Assembly (NCBI GenBank): GCA_030167145.1
Contig: CP126532.1
Span: 1,800,001 to 1,832,000 of the forward strand
Length of the DNA stretch: 32,000 bases
Direction of reading: 5' to 3'
Source of the DNA: Ktedonobacterales bacterium
Lineage (GTDB): Bacteria > Chloroflexota > Ktedonobacteria > Ktedonobacterales > JADMIN01
In this document: in pieces, positions 17,127 through 25,791 of the stretch
Numbering within the stretch: the stretch's first letter is position 1
How the letters are laid out: each line of letters starts with the position of its first letter
Translations under genes and position numbers: made by a program
The notes under the pieces: model-generated
The model's input: the letters and a program-made list of their open reading frames with translations, nothing else
Databases searched by the model: none
What the model was told of the DNA's origin: nothing

Positions 17127-18227
17127 CTAGGGCTGTGGTGTCGCGCTGGGCTTCGCCGGGCTGACCTCCTCCATCAGCGCCACCAACTCGCGCATCCAGC
17201 GCAGCAGCGACTCCAGGTCCGCATCCCGCGCCGAGAGGCCGCGATACGTCACGCGCGTATAGCTCAGACCAAACGGCGTCGCACGCACGATGTCGGTCTT
17301 GCCTGGTAGGAACCCGCGACCCGCTTCGGCGACCTGCCTCATCCGCTCCAGAAACGTCGCCGGAAGCGCCTGCCCTGATTCCGGCAGCACATAGTAATAC
17401 AGTGTTGGCTTGCGCGCCACTTCGCTCGTACCGCCAACCATGCGTCCCTGGAACTGTTGCTGTGTCTGCTTTGGCGCGGGTTCTGGGCTGATGCGAAATG
17501 AGAGAATGTCGCGCGGCGACCCCATCTGCGTATTCAGCGTGTAGGTGACGCTAGCGCTGCTGCTCAGCACGAAGACCGTCCCGCTGGAGACCTTCACCGG
17601 GTGCTGTGGATCATAGTCCCCAGAGAGCATGAGCGCCGCCTGCCGTCCCACCGGTCCGCGCACGCTCCAGCCGTGCGCCGATGCGAAATCGCGCACCGCG
17701 CGCAGATGCTTCAGACGGCCCCAATAGATCAGCGAGAATCGCGCGAGCGGTGCACCTATCGGTGGCGCATCGCCAACCGCCAGCACCAGCGCGAAGATTG
17801 CCAGCGGAATCGAGGCAATGATGCTCAAGGTGGTCACGAGATTGAGCGCATACTGGCCGCCACCCTGAAAAACCGCGCCCGATGCTAAAGCGAGCGCAAA
17901 CGTTGCCGCGCTAAAGGTCGCCACCAGCGAGAATCGCCCAGGGAGTGGCGTCAGCGTCAGCAGCGCCGTAACCGCCGCGACCACGGTCAATAGCATCAGC
18001 CATCCAGCGCCACCACCATGCTGGGTGTATTGCCAGAGACCGGTTACGCCCGGCACGCGCGCTGTGGTCCAGAAAAACGCGCTCGCCACCGTGATGAATA
18101 CCGAACTAGCCAGCACAAATATCAAGCAGATCGCGCGGATCGCACGGTTGTGCGAGAGGCCGCCCATCCTTTCGATGCTGTCGCCAAACAATGATTGCAG
18201 CAGATTTTGCAATACACCACTGAGCAC
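17127..18227 (-). CDS. membrane protein (about 6 TM segments) with a soluble C-terminal domain of about 190 aa, unknown function
   Basis: GTG start at 18227 preceded by GGAGGTGGAG. The N-terminal half is hydrophobic. The C-terminal half (FASAHGWSVRGPV...RWMRELVALMEE) has no motif I recognise. Confidence 0.6.
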   Translation of the reverse strand: MLSGVLQNLLQSLFGDSIERMGGLSHNRAIRAICLIFVLASSVFITVASAFFWTTARVPGVTGLWQYTQHGGGAGWLMLLTVVAAVTALLTLTPLPGRFSLVATFSAATFALALASGAVFQGGGQYALNLVTTLSIIASIPLAIFALVLAVGDAPPIGAPLARFSLIYWGRLKHLRAVRDFASAHGWSVRGPVGRQAALMLSGDYDPQHPVKVSSGTVFVLSSSASVTYTLNTQMGSPRDILSFRISPEPAPKQTQQQFQGRMVGGTSEVARKPTLYYYVLPESGQALPATFLERMRQVAEAGRGFLPGKTDIVRATPFGLSYTRVTYRGLSARDADLESLLRWMRELVALMEEVSPAKPSATPQP

Positions 18228-18551
18228 ACTCCACCTCCGCCGTCCCTAAGCAAGCCATTGCACCAGTATTCGCCACCCACAGAGCCCGAATCATGCGGGT
18301 GCGAAACTACTCTCGCAAAACGGGGCGCATGTGTCAAGCATGGTCGCGAGTCTTGGCGAAAAAGAGCAATGCCCGCGCTGTGGCATACAGAATGCGTCAT
18401 TTCAGGCGCAGCGACGAAGCGTCTTCTGGCGGCATCGCACCCCACCGCGCCCGTGCCTCACCCGCACTGTGCCCGCACTGCGCCCAACGAAGACAGCGTC
18501 CGCACCTATGTACCGCCCAGGACGAGGTTTCATGACGAGGAGTTGAAGGAC

Positions 18552-20042
18552 ATGGCGACCCTTAGCCCGCCGGAGAGCGAGTACGATACACATCCCATCC
18601 ACACCAGCGCCGAAACCACCGTTGAGGATGCCCCCACCGCTACACCCGCCCCTACCCCTGAGCCGCCGCATGCGCCACGCAAACAAGTGGTGGGGAGTCT
18701 GATTCTCGCCGGGATGATGGTCGTGCTCTTCTGGGCAGGCTTCAGTGGGCAAGTGCGCCCACCCGTAAACGGCTCCTGGGGCGACATCTATCGCTATCAG
18801 TGTTTCGCCTCGTCGTTCTGGGGTGGCGAGCAGGCGATGAAGGGTGCGTTCGCCATACAATGCGCCGACGTGCGAGTGACATACGCCCGTTACCCCGCGC
18901 AGGTGCTCGCTTCGCCACTGCTGCCCGATGCTCTGGGACGCTGGATCGTCGCGCACGGCTCACTCGCCACGCCGCTGCACACCCTGCCAATCGAATATCC
19001 AGTGCTCTCGCTGATCCCATTCTCGCTGCCGCTGCTCGCGCCACCCGCGTACTACACCGTCGTCTTCGGCATCATCATGACACTACTCACCCTTGCCGTC
19101 TATGCGCTGCTCGCCCGCTTCGCCAGTTGGAACGCGGCAGGCTTCTTCGCCCTCTGCATGGGCATCGGCGCATACAGCACCGGCGCCGAACGCTTCGACA
19201 TCCTGCCCGCCGGGCTGACGCTGGCCGCACTGCTGCTCGCCGAGCGTCATCGGTGGCTGTGGGCCTACATCCTGATCGCCCTCGGCACATTCCTCAAATA
19301 CTATCCAATCGTGCTCCTGCTGCCGCTCGTGGTGATGCATCTGCGCGCGCTGCCGGGCGGCTGGCGCGAACGGCTGCGAGGCATCGCCAAACCGCTCGGC
19401 GTCTTTGCTGGTATCTGCGTGACACTCCTGTTCATCACCGCGCTCATCAACCCGATGATCCTCTATCGCCAGGTCTCCACCCTTGCGCGCCGCCCAATTG
19501 AAGTAGAATCGGTCTCCGCGACCTTCGCCTGGCTCGGCTCTCAGCTCGGCATCCCGATGGAGCCGTTTGTGCAGTTCGGCTCCGACAACGTCAACACCCC
19601 CTTGGCATCCGCGCTCACACTGCTCGCGCTATTGGCTCTGGTTGCCGGACTAGCGCTGCTGCTCTTCAGCCTCTGGCGCGGCGCTATCTCCGCGCGACAG
19701 GTGTGGCTGGTCACGCTGCTGCTGGTGGCCGTCACGGGCAAAGTATTCAGCGCCCAATACTTAATCTGGCTGCTCCCATTCGCGGCCTATGTGGTCGCGC
19801 TTGAAGGGATGACGCCGCTGCTCTGGCTGGCCGCCTGCGCACTCACCACCTTTGGCTACCCATTCCTCTGGCGCGAGGATAGCGGTGGCTGGCACGCGAT
19901 CATCGCCCTCCGCAATCTGGTGATGCTCTGGCTCGTGCTGACCTACCTCCCACTGCAAGACATACCTGCCTTGCTCCGCTCCCTGCGCGCGGCAGGCGAT
20001 ACAGCGCGTGCGCGCTTTCGAGTTCGTGTGCGCTCCGGCTGA
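18552..20042 (+). CDS. polytopic GT-C-like membrane glycosyltransferase (DUF2029/GT87-like)
   Basis: Trimmed to ATG 18552 (GAGGAG RBS). A Pro/Thr-rich N-terminus is followed by about 10 or more TM helices. PIEYPVLSLIPF and FLKYYPIVLLLPLVV resemble DUF2029-type mannosyltransferase-like proteins. Confidence 0.5.
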   Translation: MATLSPPESEYDTHPIHTSAETTVEDAPTATPAPTPEPPHAPRKQVVGSLILAGMMVVLFWAGFSGQVRPPVNGSWGDIYRYQCFASSFWGGEQAMKGAFAIQCADVRVTYARYPAQVLASPLLPDALGRWIVAHGSLATPLHTLPIEYPVLSLIPFSLPLLAPPAYYTVVFGIIMTLLTLAVYALLARFASWNAAGFFALCMGIGAYSTGAERFDILPAGLTLAALLLAERHRWLWAYILIALGTFLKYYPIVLLLPLVVMHLRALPGGWRERLRGIAKPLGVFAGICVTLLFITALINPMILYRQVSTLARRPIEVESVSATFAWLGSQLGIPMEPFVQFGSDNVNTPLASALTLLALLALVAGLALLLFSLWRGAISARQVWLVTLLLVAVTGKVFSAQYLIWLLPFAAYVVALEGMTPLLWLAACALTTFGYPFLWREDSGGWHAIIALRNLVMLWLVLTYLPLQDIPALLRSLRAAGDTARARFRVRVRSG

Positions 20043-21895
20043 TGCTGCCTATGATGACCACTCACCGCACGGCTGGTACTGCACGCGACGCTGGCGCATC
20101 GCCCCATCTGGCGGCGTGTGCGCGCGTCTTCGCGAGATCACCCATCGTCGTCGGCGCGCTGGTCTACGCCGTCGCATTCTGCGTGATCCTACAAGCCAGT
20201 CTACAGGTGATGTCCCGCATCTCGCTCACCGGTGATGAGCCGTGGTACATCCTCCAGGCGCTTTCGTTGCTGCGCTATCATAGCGTAGATGTCACTCCCT
20301 TGCTGCATAACCACGCCGTCTATGACCCACTCGTGCGCCACTGGGACGACCACACCCGCGATTACGCCGGCAACGGCGAGCATGTGCTGCCCAATCTGCC
20401 CGGCTACGCCGCGATCATCGCCCCGTGGTATCAACTCGGCGGCCATGCAGGCATCGTCGTCTTTCAGGTCGCCGTCTCCGCGCTCACCGCGACACTGATC
20501 TTCGACGAAGCGCGGCGGATGTTCGCATCCCCTGTCGCGGCGCTCTTTGCGCTTCTGGCCTATCTGCTGGCGCTGCCAGCCCTCCTCTATGCGGAACAGG
20601 CCTTTCCGTCCACAGTCGCGTCGGGGGTCGCGTTCCTGGCTTTCGTGCTAGCGGCGCGGACAATACCATCGGCGCGTGGCTGGCACGTGTGGCTGCTGGC
20701 ATGCGTCACAGGGCTACTTGTAGCCGCGTTACCCTGGATTCACTTCAAGTATGCGCTGGCTGCCATGGCGCTGGTTGGGGTCGCCGCGCTGGCGCTGCAT
20801 CCGCCGCTGCGACACTGGCGCGCGCTCGATGGCAACGCCCGTCGCGCCTGGGCCATACTCATCATCATCGCCGGTTCGCTATCTATCAGCCTCCTGCTCA
20901 TCAGCCTCTATAGCAGCCGCTACTTCGGCGTCTGGACGCCGCAATACTCCTCCGTGCCCAACACCGCGCCCGATTTCGCCCATCCCAATCTCCAGCGCCT
21001 CGGCATCCTCTTCTGGGATGTCTTCTTCGACCCACAAAGCGGGCTGCTGCCGTGGGTTCCACTCTACTTCCTCGTGCCGTTGGGCCTGGCGCTGCTCTGG
21101 CGCCGTCAGCGCCGCTGCGCGCTCATGCTGCTGTTCATGCTGGTGGGCTTCCTCAGCGCGTTCCTTCCGGCGCTCGTCACCAATCAGATTGTCCAGGGCT
21201 ACGCGCTGCCCTCGCGCTTCAGCGTCGAGTGCGCGCCCTACCTCACTCTGGCCGTCGCCGCCGTCTTCGCCGCCACCAAACCGCGCCGCTGGCTGCTCGC
21301 CCTCCGCAGCCTCCGGAATCGCGCCGCGCGGGCCGCCAGCCCGCGCATGCCGTGGGCACGAGTAGCCACGCAGGCCAGCATAGGGTTGCTGTGCATCGCG
21401 CTGCTCGCGACCGCTGGCTGGTTCACCATCATGGGCGTGCGCGACCCAGAGTTGCTCTATCATAGTCTGGCCGGGCCGCGCCTGGTAGAGAAATACCCTC
21501 AATTGCTGCCCGCCTGGTGGTTCGGTCTCTTTCCCCCAAGCACCGGCCCGCTCGACTATCAGGGAGCCATGCCGCTCATCGCTGGCCCCGCCTCCAGCCA
21601 GCGCAGCGCGCTCGCGCAACCCATCCCCCCCGGCGCGTACATCGCCACGTTCCATTTCGCCTGTATGCACGCCGCTCCGGCGCGGCTGCGCCTGGCGGCT
21701 GAGGTAGACATCGGCACGCATGCCACCGTGACACGACCCCTGTCAGCGCTGCGCTGTCAGCAACCTGGCATGGAACTGCCCACCATGTCCGTGCCATTCG
21801 TCAGCGCGGGCTATGAGCCGGTCAGCTTCCTCACCCACCTGCCGGAAGGCGCTCCATTGCTCTCGGTCATCGTCACCTTTGCGCCCACACGCTAG
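20042..21895 (+). CDS. polytopic GT-C-like membrane glycosyltransferase (ArnT/PMT, GT39/83-like)
   Basis: A TGATG junction links it to the upstream gene. A first-loop motif LTGDEPWYILQA (the acidic DE typical of GT-C loop 1) is present. There are many TM helices and a C-terminal soluble domain of about 150 aa. Confidence 0.5.
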   Translation: MLPMMTTHRTAGTARDAGASPHLAACARVFARSPIVVGALVYAVAFCVILQASLQVMSRISLTGDEPWYILQALSLLRYHSVDVTPLLHNHAVYDPLVRHWDDHTRDYAGNGEHVLPNLPGYAAIIAPWYQLGGHAGIVVFQVAVSALTATLIFDEARRMFASPVAALFALLAYLLALPALLYAEQAFPSTVASGVAFLAFVLAARTIPSARGWHVWLLACVTGLLVAALPWIHFKYALAAMALVGVAALALHPPLRHWRALDGNARRAWAILIIIAGSLSISLLLISLYSSRYFGVWTPQYSSVPNTAPDFAHPNLQRLGILFWDVFFDPQSGLLPWVPLYFLVPLGLALLWRRQRRCALMLLFMLVGFLSAFLPALVTNQIVQGYALPSRFSVECAPYLTLAVAAVFAATKPRRWLLALRSLRNRAARAASPRMPWARVATQASIGLLCIALLATAGWFTIMGVRDPELLYHSLAGPRLVEKYPQLLPAWWFGLFPPSTGPLDYQGAMPLIAGPASSQRSALAQPIPPGAYIATFHFACMHAAPARLRLAAEVDIGTHATVTRPLSALRCQQPGMELPTMSVPFVSAGYEPVSFLTHLPEGAPLLSVIVTFAPTR

Positions 21896-21908
21896 CGCCC
21901 ACACGCTA
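21881..21908 (+). repeat. 14-bp tandem duplication (gcgcccacacgcta x2) spanning the stop codon of the 20042..21895 gene
   Basis: Positions 21881-21894 and 21895-21908 are identical. A diverged third unit (gcgcccagcccgcacgccta) follows. Confidence 0.8.
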
Positions 21909-21925
21909 GCGCCCAGCCCGCACGC

Positions 21926-22264
21926 CTAGCGATTATCCCCATCGCCCTGGATCTGTCCGCGCTCCAGCCGCGAAAAGAGCTTCTCGATGTTCGCGGCGGC
22001 CACCTCCGCCAGTGTGAGATCAAGCTCCGTGCAGATCTGTGTGAGATACCACAACACATCGCCTAGCTCGTGCTTCAGCGCCTGCCGGTCTTCCTCGGCG
22101 AGATTGCCACCCTTATCGCGGAAGATTTTCTTGATCTTCCCCGCCACTTCACCCGCCTCATTCACCAGCCCCAGCGTTGGATACACAATCGCGCTATCCA
22201 TCGCAATCACATTCCACGTCTTGCGCGACTCCCGCTGATACGTCGCGAAATCTTCTATCTCCAT
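21926..22264 (-). CDS. MazG-like nucleotide pyrophosphohydrolase (small, single-domain)
   Basis: Trimmed to ATG 22264. LGLVNEAGEVAGKIKKIFRDKG...LKHELGDVLWYLTQICTELDL is the EExxE...ELGD MazG signature. Confidence 0.8.
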   Translation of the reverse strand: MEIEDFATYQRESRKTWNVIAMDSAIVYPTLGLVNEAGEVAGKIKKIFRDKGGNLAEEDRQALKHELGDVLWYLTQICTELDLTLAEVAAANIEKLFSRLERGQIQGDGDNR

Positions 22265-22502
22265 GTCGCGTTTCTCTTTCACTATTTCCCCACAGAGCGG
22301 CATCTCATGCCTGCCAGTATAGCAAGGTGAAGCAACCGCATCGCGACGCATGCCTGTCTGGAACGCCTCACAGGATTCAGCATGGGCGACAAACTCCCAA
22401 TGTATAGTGCCGGGCTGGCATGTCGCGTGCTTCATGCGGGGCGGACGTCAGCGCCCGGCGACACCAGATCTATCCGGGCCGGTAGATGGGAGGGGGCCTG
22501 CT

Positions 22503-22820
22503 ATGCCATTGCTGCCATTCGTTCTCTCGCTTGCGGACATCACCGTGAAATTCACATTGAACAATCTCGCCCTGTTCCTGATTCTTGGCGGCGTCATCGG
22601 CCTGGGCACCGGCTATCTGATGAAAAGCAAAGGCGTGACCATCCTGGGCGATGTCGTCTTCGGCCTCATCGGCGCGCTCATTGGCGCCTACGTGCTCACC
22701 CCCGCGCTCGACATCGGGCGCGGGCTGCTCGGCCAGTCGCTGGCCTCAGTCTTTGGCTGCGTGCTGGCCGTCGCCATCCTCCACTTCGTCGTCGTCGTCC
22801 GCCAAAAAGCAAGAGCCTGA
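22503..22820 (+). CDS. GlsB/YeaQ/YmgE (transglycosylase-associated) family small membrane protein
   Basis: Trimmed to ATG 22503 (GGGAGGGGG RBS). It has Gly-rich TM helices: LILGGVIGLGTGYLM, GDVVFGLIGALIGAYV. Confidence 0.65.
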   Translation: MPLLPFVLSLADITVKFTLNNLALFLILGGVIGLGTGYLMKSKGVTILGDVVFGLIGALIGAYVLTPALDIGRGLLGQSLASVFGCVLAVAILHFVVVVRQKARA

Positions 22821-22843
22821 TTCCCCAGCGCCCCTTCCGGTGG

Positions 22844-22863
22844 GGCGAACATTCTTGTCCGCC
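22844..22863 (+). repeat. REP3-like hairpin (GGCGAACA-ttct-TGTCCGCC)
   Basis: Related to GGCAGACA-ttcc-TGTCTGCC at 27496. It overlaps a further CGCCCC-ttccggt-GGGGCG hairpin at 22829-22847. Confidence 0.55.
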
Positions 22864-22868
22864 CACCT

Positions 22869-22907
22869 GCTCCCCTTCCCTGGTAGGGAAGGGGTTGGGG
22901 GTTAGGT
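22869..22907 (+). repeat. REP1 hairpin repeat copy between convergent genes
   Basis: ctCCCCTTCCCTggtAGGGAAGGGGttgggggttaggt. Its tail GGTTAGG-ttcc-CCTAAC forms a further small hairpin that abuts the stop of the 22912 gene. Confidence 0.85.
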
Positions 22908-22911
22908 TCCC

Positions 22912-24231
22912 CTAACTATGCGCCGTCCAGATGTTGCCGGGGCCAGCGTAGCTGCTCGACTCGCCCCACGCAATCTGCGTCGCGCCCGTGCTATCCACCG
23001 CCATCTCGAAGTAATCGCCATACGGCAAACCGAAGCCGTTCGTGGTCAGATAGCTGTACCCCGGCACATAGCCCGACACCTGCGACTCACCACTCCAACT
23101 CGCGCCGCCATTCGTGCTGGACCGGTAGTACAGATTCCAGCTTCCCGTGCGCGTGTCCGTCCAGCCGATGCGCACATCGCCCGCGCTCGACCCCGTCGTG
23201 ATCGCCGGAAAGCAATGTTCCACCCCTTGCGCCGCCAGCGACACATCCTGTCGCGCGGAATAGCTCGCGCCATGATCCGTCGAGCGCGCGAAGTAGATGC
23301 GTTCCGGCGCGTAGTCCGTCTGGTCCGCTGTCGCATTCCACAACACATTCACGCTATCATCGCTGCCAACCGCCATCGTGATCTGCGCCCCCAGGAACGC
23401 GAAGCCGCAATTATCGCAGGGATAGGGCGCGCCGCTCACGCCCAGCAGCGTCTGCGTCCACGTCGCGCCGCCATCGCGCGACTCGCTCACATACAGGTTC
23501 ACCGGACCCTTCGCCTGGCCATTCTGCGTATAGCCGTCGAACGAAAAGTAGATGTTGCCCTGGCTATCAATGCCGCCCCCACCACCGAGCGACCAACCAA
23601 GCTGATTGCTGCCATTGCTGATGAGCGAATTGACCCAGGTCGCGCCGCCATCGTGCGAGACCGCCGCATAAATCTTCTGCACCGCATTGTAGGCGACGGC
23701 CACCGTCTGCCCACGCACCGCCAGAATGTCTTTATCCGTCGCCCGCTGGAGGTTCTCCACAATGGTCGGCCCGCTCCACGTCTGCCCAAAATCCGTAGAC
23801 TTCATCACCGCGATAGATGACTTGCTATTCTGCAAGAACGACGCCCAGACGGTTTTGCCGTCCACCGGGTCCACGGCAATCTGCGAATCGTACTGGCCAG
23901 TGGTCGGCTCCGGGTCAATCGCCCTCGGCGCACCCCACGTTTGCCCACGGTCGCCAGAGACCTGGAGCAACACGTGCAAGTCGCAATTGGCGCAGGTGCC
24001 GCCGCCCGCCACATCGTAATGCTTATAGAGCGTATAGACGTGCCCATAGCGGTCAGCAGCCACCGACGTCTCCCAGTCATCGCCCGATTGAAAGCCCAGC
24101 CGTGTCTGTGTGGTGAAGCGTGTCGCACCGCCCGCCCGCGCGCCGCGTGGCGCCAGCGCCACCAGCAAACCAGCGATCACCACCAGTGTCAGCGCGGGCA
24201 GCAGCAAGAAACGCCAGGGTACGCGACGCAT
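22912..24231 (-). CDS. secreted BNR/Asp-box repeat beta-propeller protein (sialidase-fold, glycosidase-like)
   Basis: Trimmed to ATG 24231 (GAGGAGG RBS). The signal/TM segment is MRRVPWRFLLLPALTLVVIAGLLVALAP. Six Asp-boxes are present: SGDRGQTW, STDFGQTW, SHDGGATW, SRDGGATW, STDHGASY, STNGGASW. Confidence 0.75.
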   Translation of the reverse strand: MRRVPWRFLLLPALTLVVIAGLLVALAPRGARAGGATRFTTQTRLGFQSGDDWETSVAADRYGHVYTLYKHYDVAGGGTCANCDLHVLLQVSGDRGQTWGAPRAIDPEPTTGQYDSQIAVDPVDGKTVWASFLQNSKSSIAVMKSTDFGQTWSGPTIVENLQRATDKDILAVRGQTVAVAYNAVQKIYAAVSHDGGATWVNSLISNGSNQLGWSLGGGGGIDSQGNIYFSFDGYTQNGQAKGPVNLYVSESRDGGATWTQTLLGVSGAPYPCDNCGFAFLGAQITMAVGSDDSVNVLWNATADQTDYAPERIYFARSTDHGASYSARQDVSLAAQGVEHCFPAITTGSSAGDVRIGWTDTRTGSWNLYYRSSTNGGASWSGESQVSGYVPGYSYLTTNGFGLPYGDYFEMAVDSTGATQIAWGESSSYAGPGNIWTAHS

Positions 24232-24315
24232 AGCACACCTCCTCGATCTGTTCGTCATCCACCGCTTTGTCATAATAACGGGCACGCCCCGATTTCGTCT
24301 CGCCATCTCACCATA

Positions 24316-25485
24316 CTAGCCGCCATACTCCTTCAGCAGCCGCAGCGCGCTCGCCGCCAGCAGCGCCGTCCCCACTGGCAGCGCCGCCTCGTCCAGCGTG
24401 AAGCGCGGATCGTGGCACTCGTAAAACCCCTCGCCGCCATTCACCCCCAGGAACCAGTAGCACCCCGGAGCCTGTGTCGCCAGCACCGCGAAGTCGTCCG
24501 CGCCGCACTGCGGCTCCTGCACATGCACCCGCTCCGCGTCGAAGAGCGCCAGCGCCTCCTCGCGCACCAGCCCCGCGATCCGCGCATCGTTCTCCACCGG
24601 CGGGCACACCCCGCTAATCTTCAGCTCGTAATCCCCGCCGAATGCGCGCGCAATGGCGCAGGCTTCGTGCAATCCCTGGCGCAGCCGTGCCCGTGTCGTT
24701 TCGTCAAATGTGCGAATCGTGCCGGAAAGTGTCACCTCCGACGGGATGATGTTCTCAGCCGTCCCGCCATGCACCGTGCCCACGGTAATCACCGCGTGCG
24801 CCGTCGGCGAGGCCAGCCGTCCGCGCAGCCCATAGATCGCATTGAGCACCTGCGACGCCAACCAGATCGCGTCAATGCCCGTCTGCGGCGAGGCCGCATG
24901 CGTGCCCTGCCCCTTGATCGTCGCCCAGAAGGCGTCAGGCGCGGCGGCGATGGGGCCAGCCGACACATGCACATGCCCAACTTTCGCCGAAGGGTCCACA
25001 TGCTGCCCGATGATCGCCCGCACCCCCTCCATCGCGCCATCCTCGATCATCCGGTGCGCGCCGCTCTTGCCCTCATCATCTTCCGTCTCTTCGCACGGCT
25101 GAAACAGAAACCGCACTCGTCCGGGCAGATCCCCCCGCTGATGCAGCAGATACGCCGCGCCCAGCGCCATCGCCGCATGCGCATCGTGTCCGCAGGCGTG
25201 CATCCGCCCCGGCGTCAGCGAGCAAAACGCCACACCGCTCTCTTCGGTAATCGGCAGCGCATCTATATCCGCGCGAATCGCCACCAGCAGCCCATCCCCG
25301 CTGCCCACCTCCGCCACCACGCCCGTCCGGCCCACGCCCGTCCGCACCGGAATACCCAGCGGGCGCAGCGTCTCCGCAATGAAGTTCGCCGTCTCATGCT
25401 CCGCAAAACCCAATTCTGGGTGCTGATGCAGATGCCGCCGCCATCCGCTGATCTGCCCGCTCAACGCATGCGCTTGTTCCAGCAT
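24316..25485 (-). CDS. M20D-family amidohydrolase (N-acyl-amino-acid amidohydrolase / hippurate-hydrolase type)
   Basis: Contains WRRHLHQHPELGFAEHETA, IRADIDALP, MHACGHDAH and FLFQPCEE. Confidence 0.88.
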   Translation of the reverse strand: MLEQAHALSGQISGWRRHLHQHPELGFAEHETANFIAETLRPLGIPVRTGVGRTGVVAEVGSGDGLLVAIRADIDALPITEESGVAFCSLTPGRMHACGHDAHAAMALGAAYLLHQRGDLPGRVRFLFQPCEETEDDEGKSGAHRMIEDGAMEGVRAIIGQHVDPSAKVGHVHVSAGPIAAAPDAFWATIKGQGTHAASPQTGIDAIWLASQVLNAIYGLRGRLASPTAHAVITVGTVHGGTAENIIPSEVTLSGTIRTFDETTRARLRQGLHEACAIARAFGGDYELKISGVCPPVENDARIAGLVREEALALFDAERVHVQEPQCGADDFAVLATQAPGCYWFLGVNGGEGFYECHDPRFTLDEAALPVGTALLAASALRLLKEYGG

Positions 25486-25520
25486 AGGATAGCCCTCGCT
25501 TGAATGTTCAACAACACACC

Positions 25521-25790
25521 TTAGCGTCCTGCCTCCACCGGAGGCAGCGGCGTCGCCTGTGGCGTCGTATCGCGCCAGGTATTCACATCAGGAGCCGCAA
25601 GCCACCACCCACCATCATCGTGAATGACCGTCGCCTCGACCTCCAGGCCGTCGTAATCATACAGGATAACGCGCTCGCCTTGCTGCAAAGGCGGAAGTTG
25701 CTGTTCTTGCCACGACCCTGGCGCCGCCAGTTTCACCAGATCAACTGGCGCGCTGTCAAGGGTATTGAAGTCGGCTATGATGCGTTTCAT
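25521..25790 (-). CDS. small hypothetical protein (89 aa), second gene of a coupled pair
   Basis: Trimmed to ATG 25790. The sequence is MKRIIADFNTLDSAPVDLVKLAAPGSW...ERVILYDYDGLEVEATVIHDDGGWWLAAPDVNTW. The start lies 1 nt after the upstream gene's stop codon. Confidence 0.55.
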   Translation of the reverse strand: MKRIIADFNTLDSAPVDLVKLAAPGSWQEQQLPPLQQGERVILYDYDGLEVEATVIHDDGGWWLAAPDVNTWRDTTPQATPLPPVEAGR

Positions 25791-25791
25791 A

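Noticed and set aside
22264-22503. Structured GC-rich segment (GCCGGGC...GCCCGGC enclosing GCATG...CATGC) upstream of the GlsB-like gene, considered as a possible riboswitch
   Set aside because: It resembles no riboswitch class I know. Such inverted repeats are common by chance in DNA this GC-rich, and the evidence is too weak to report as a feature.
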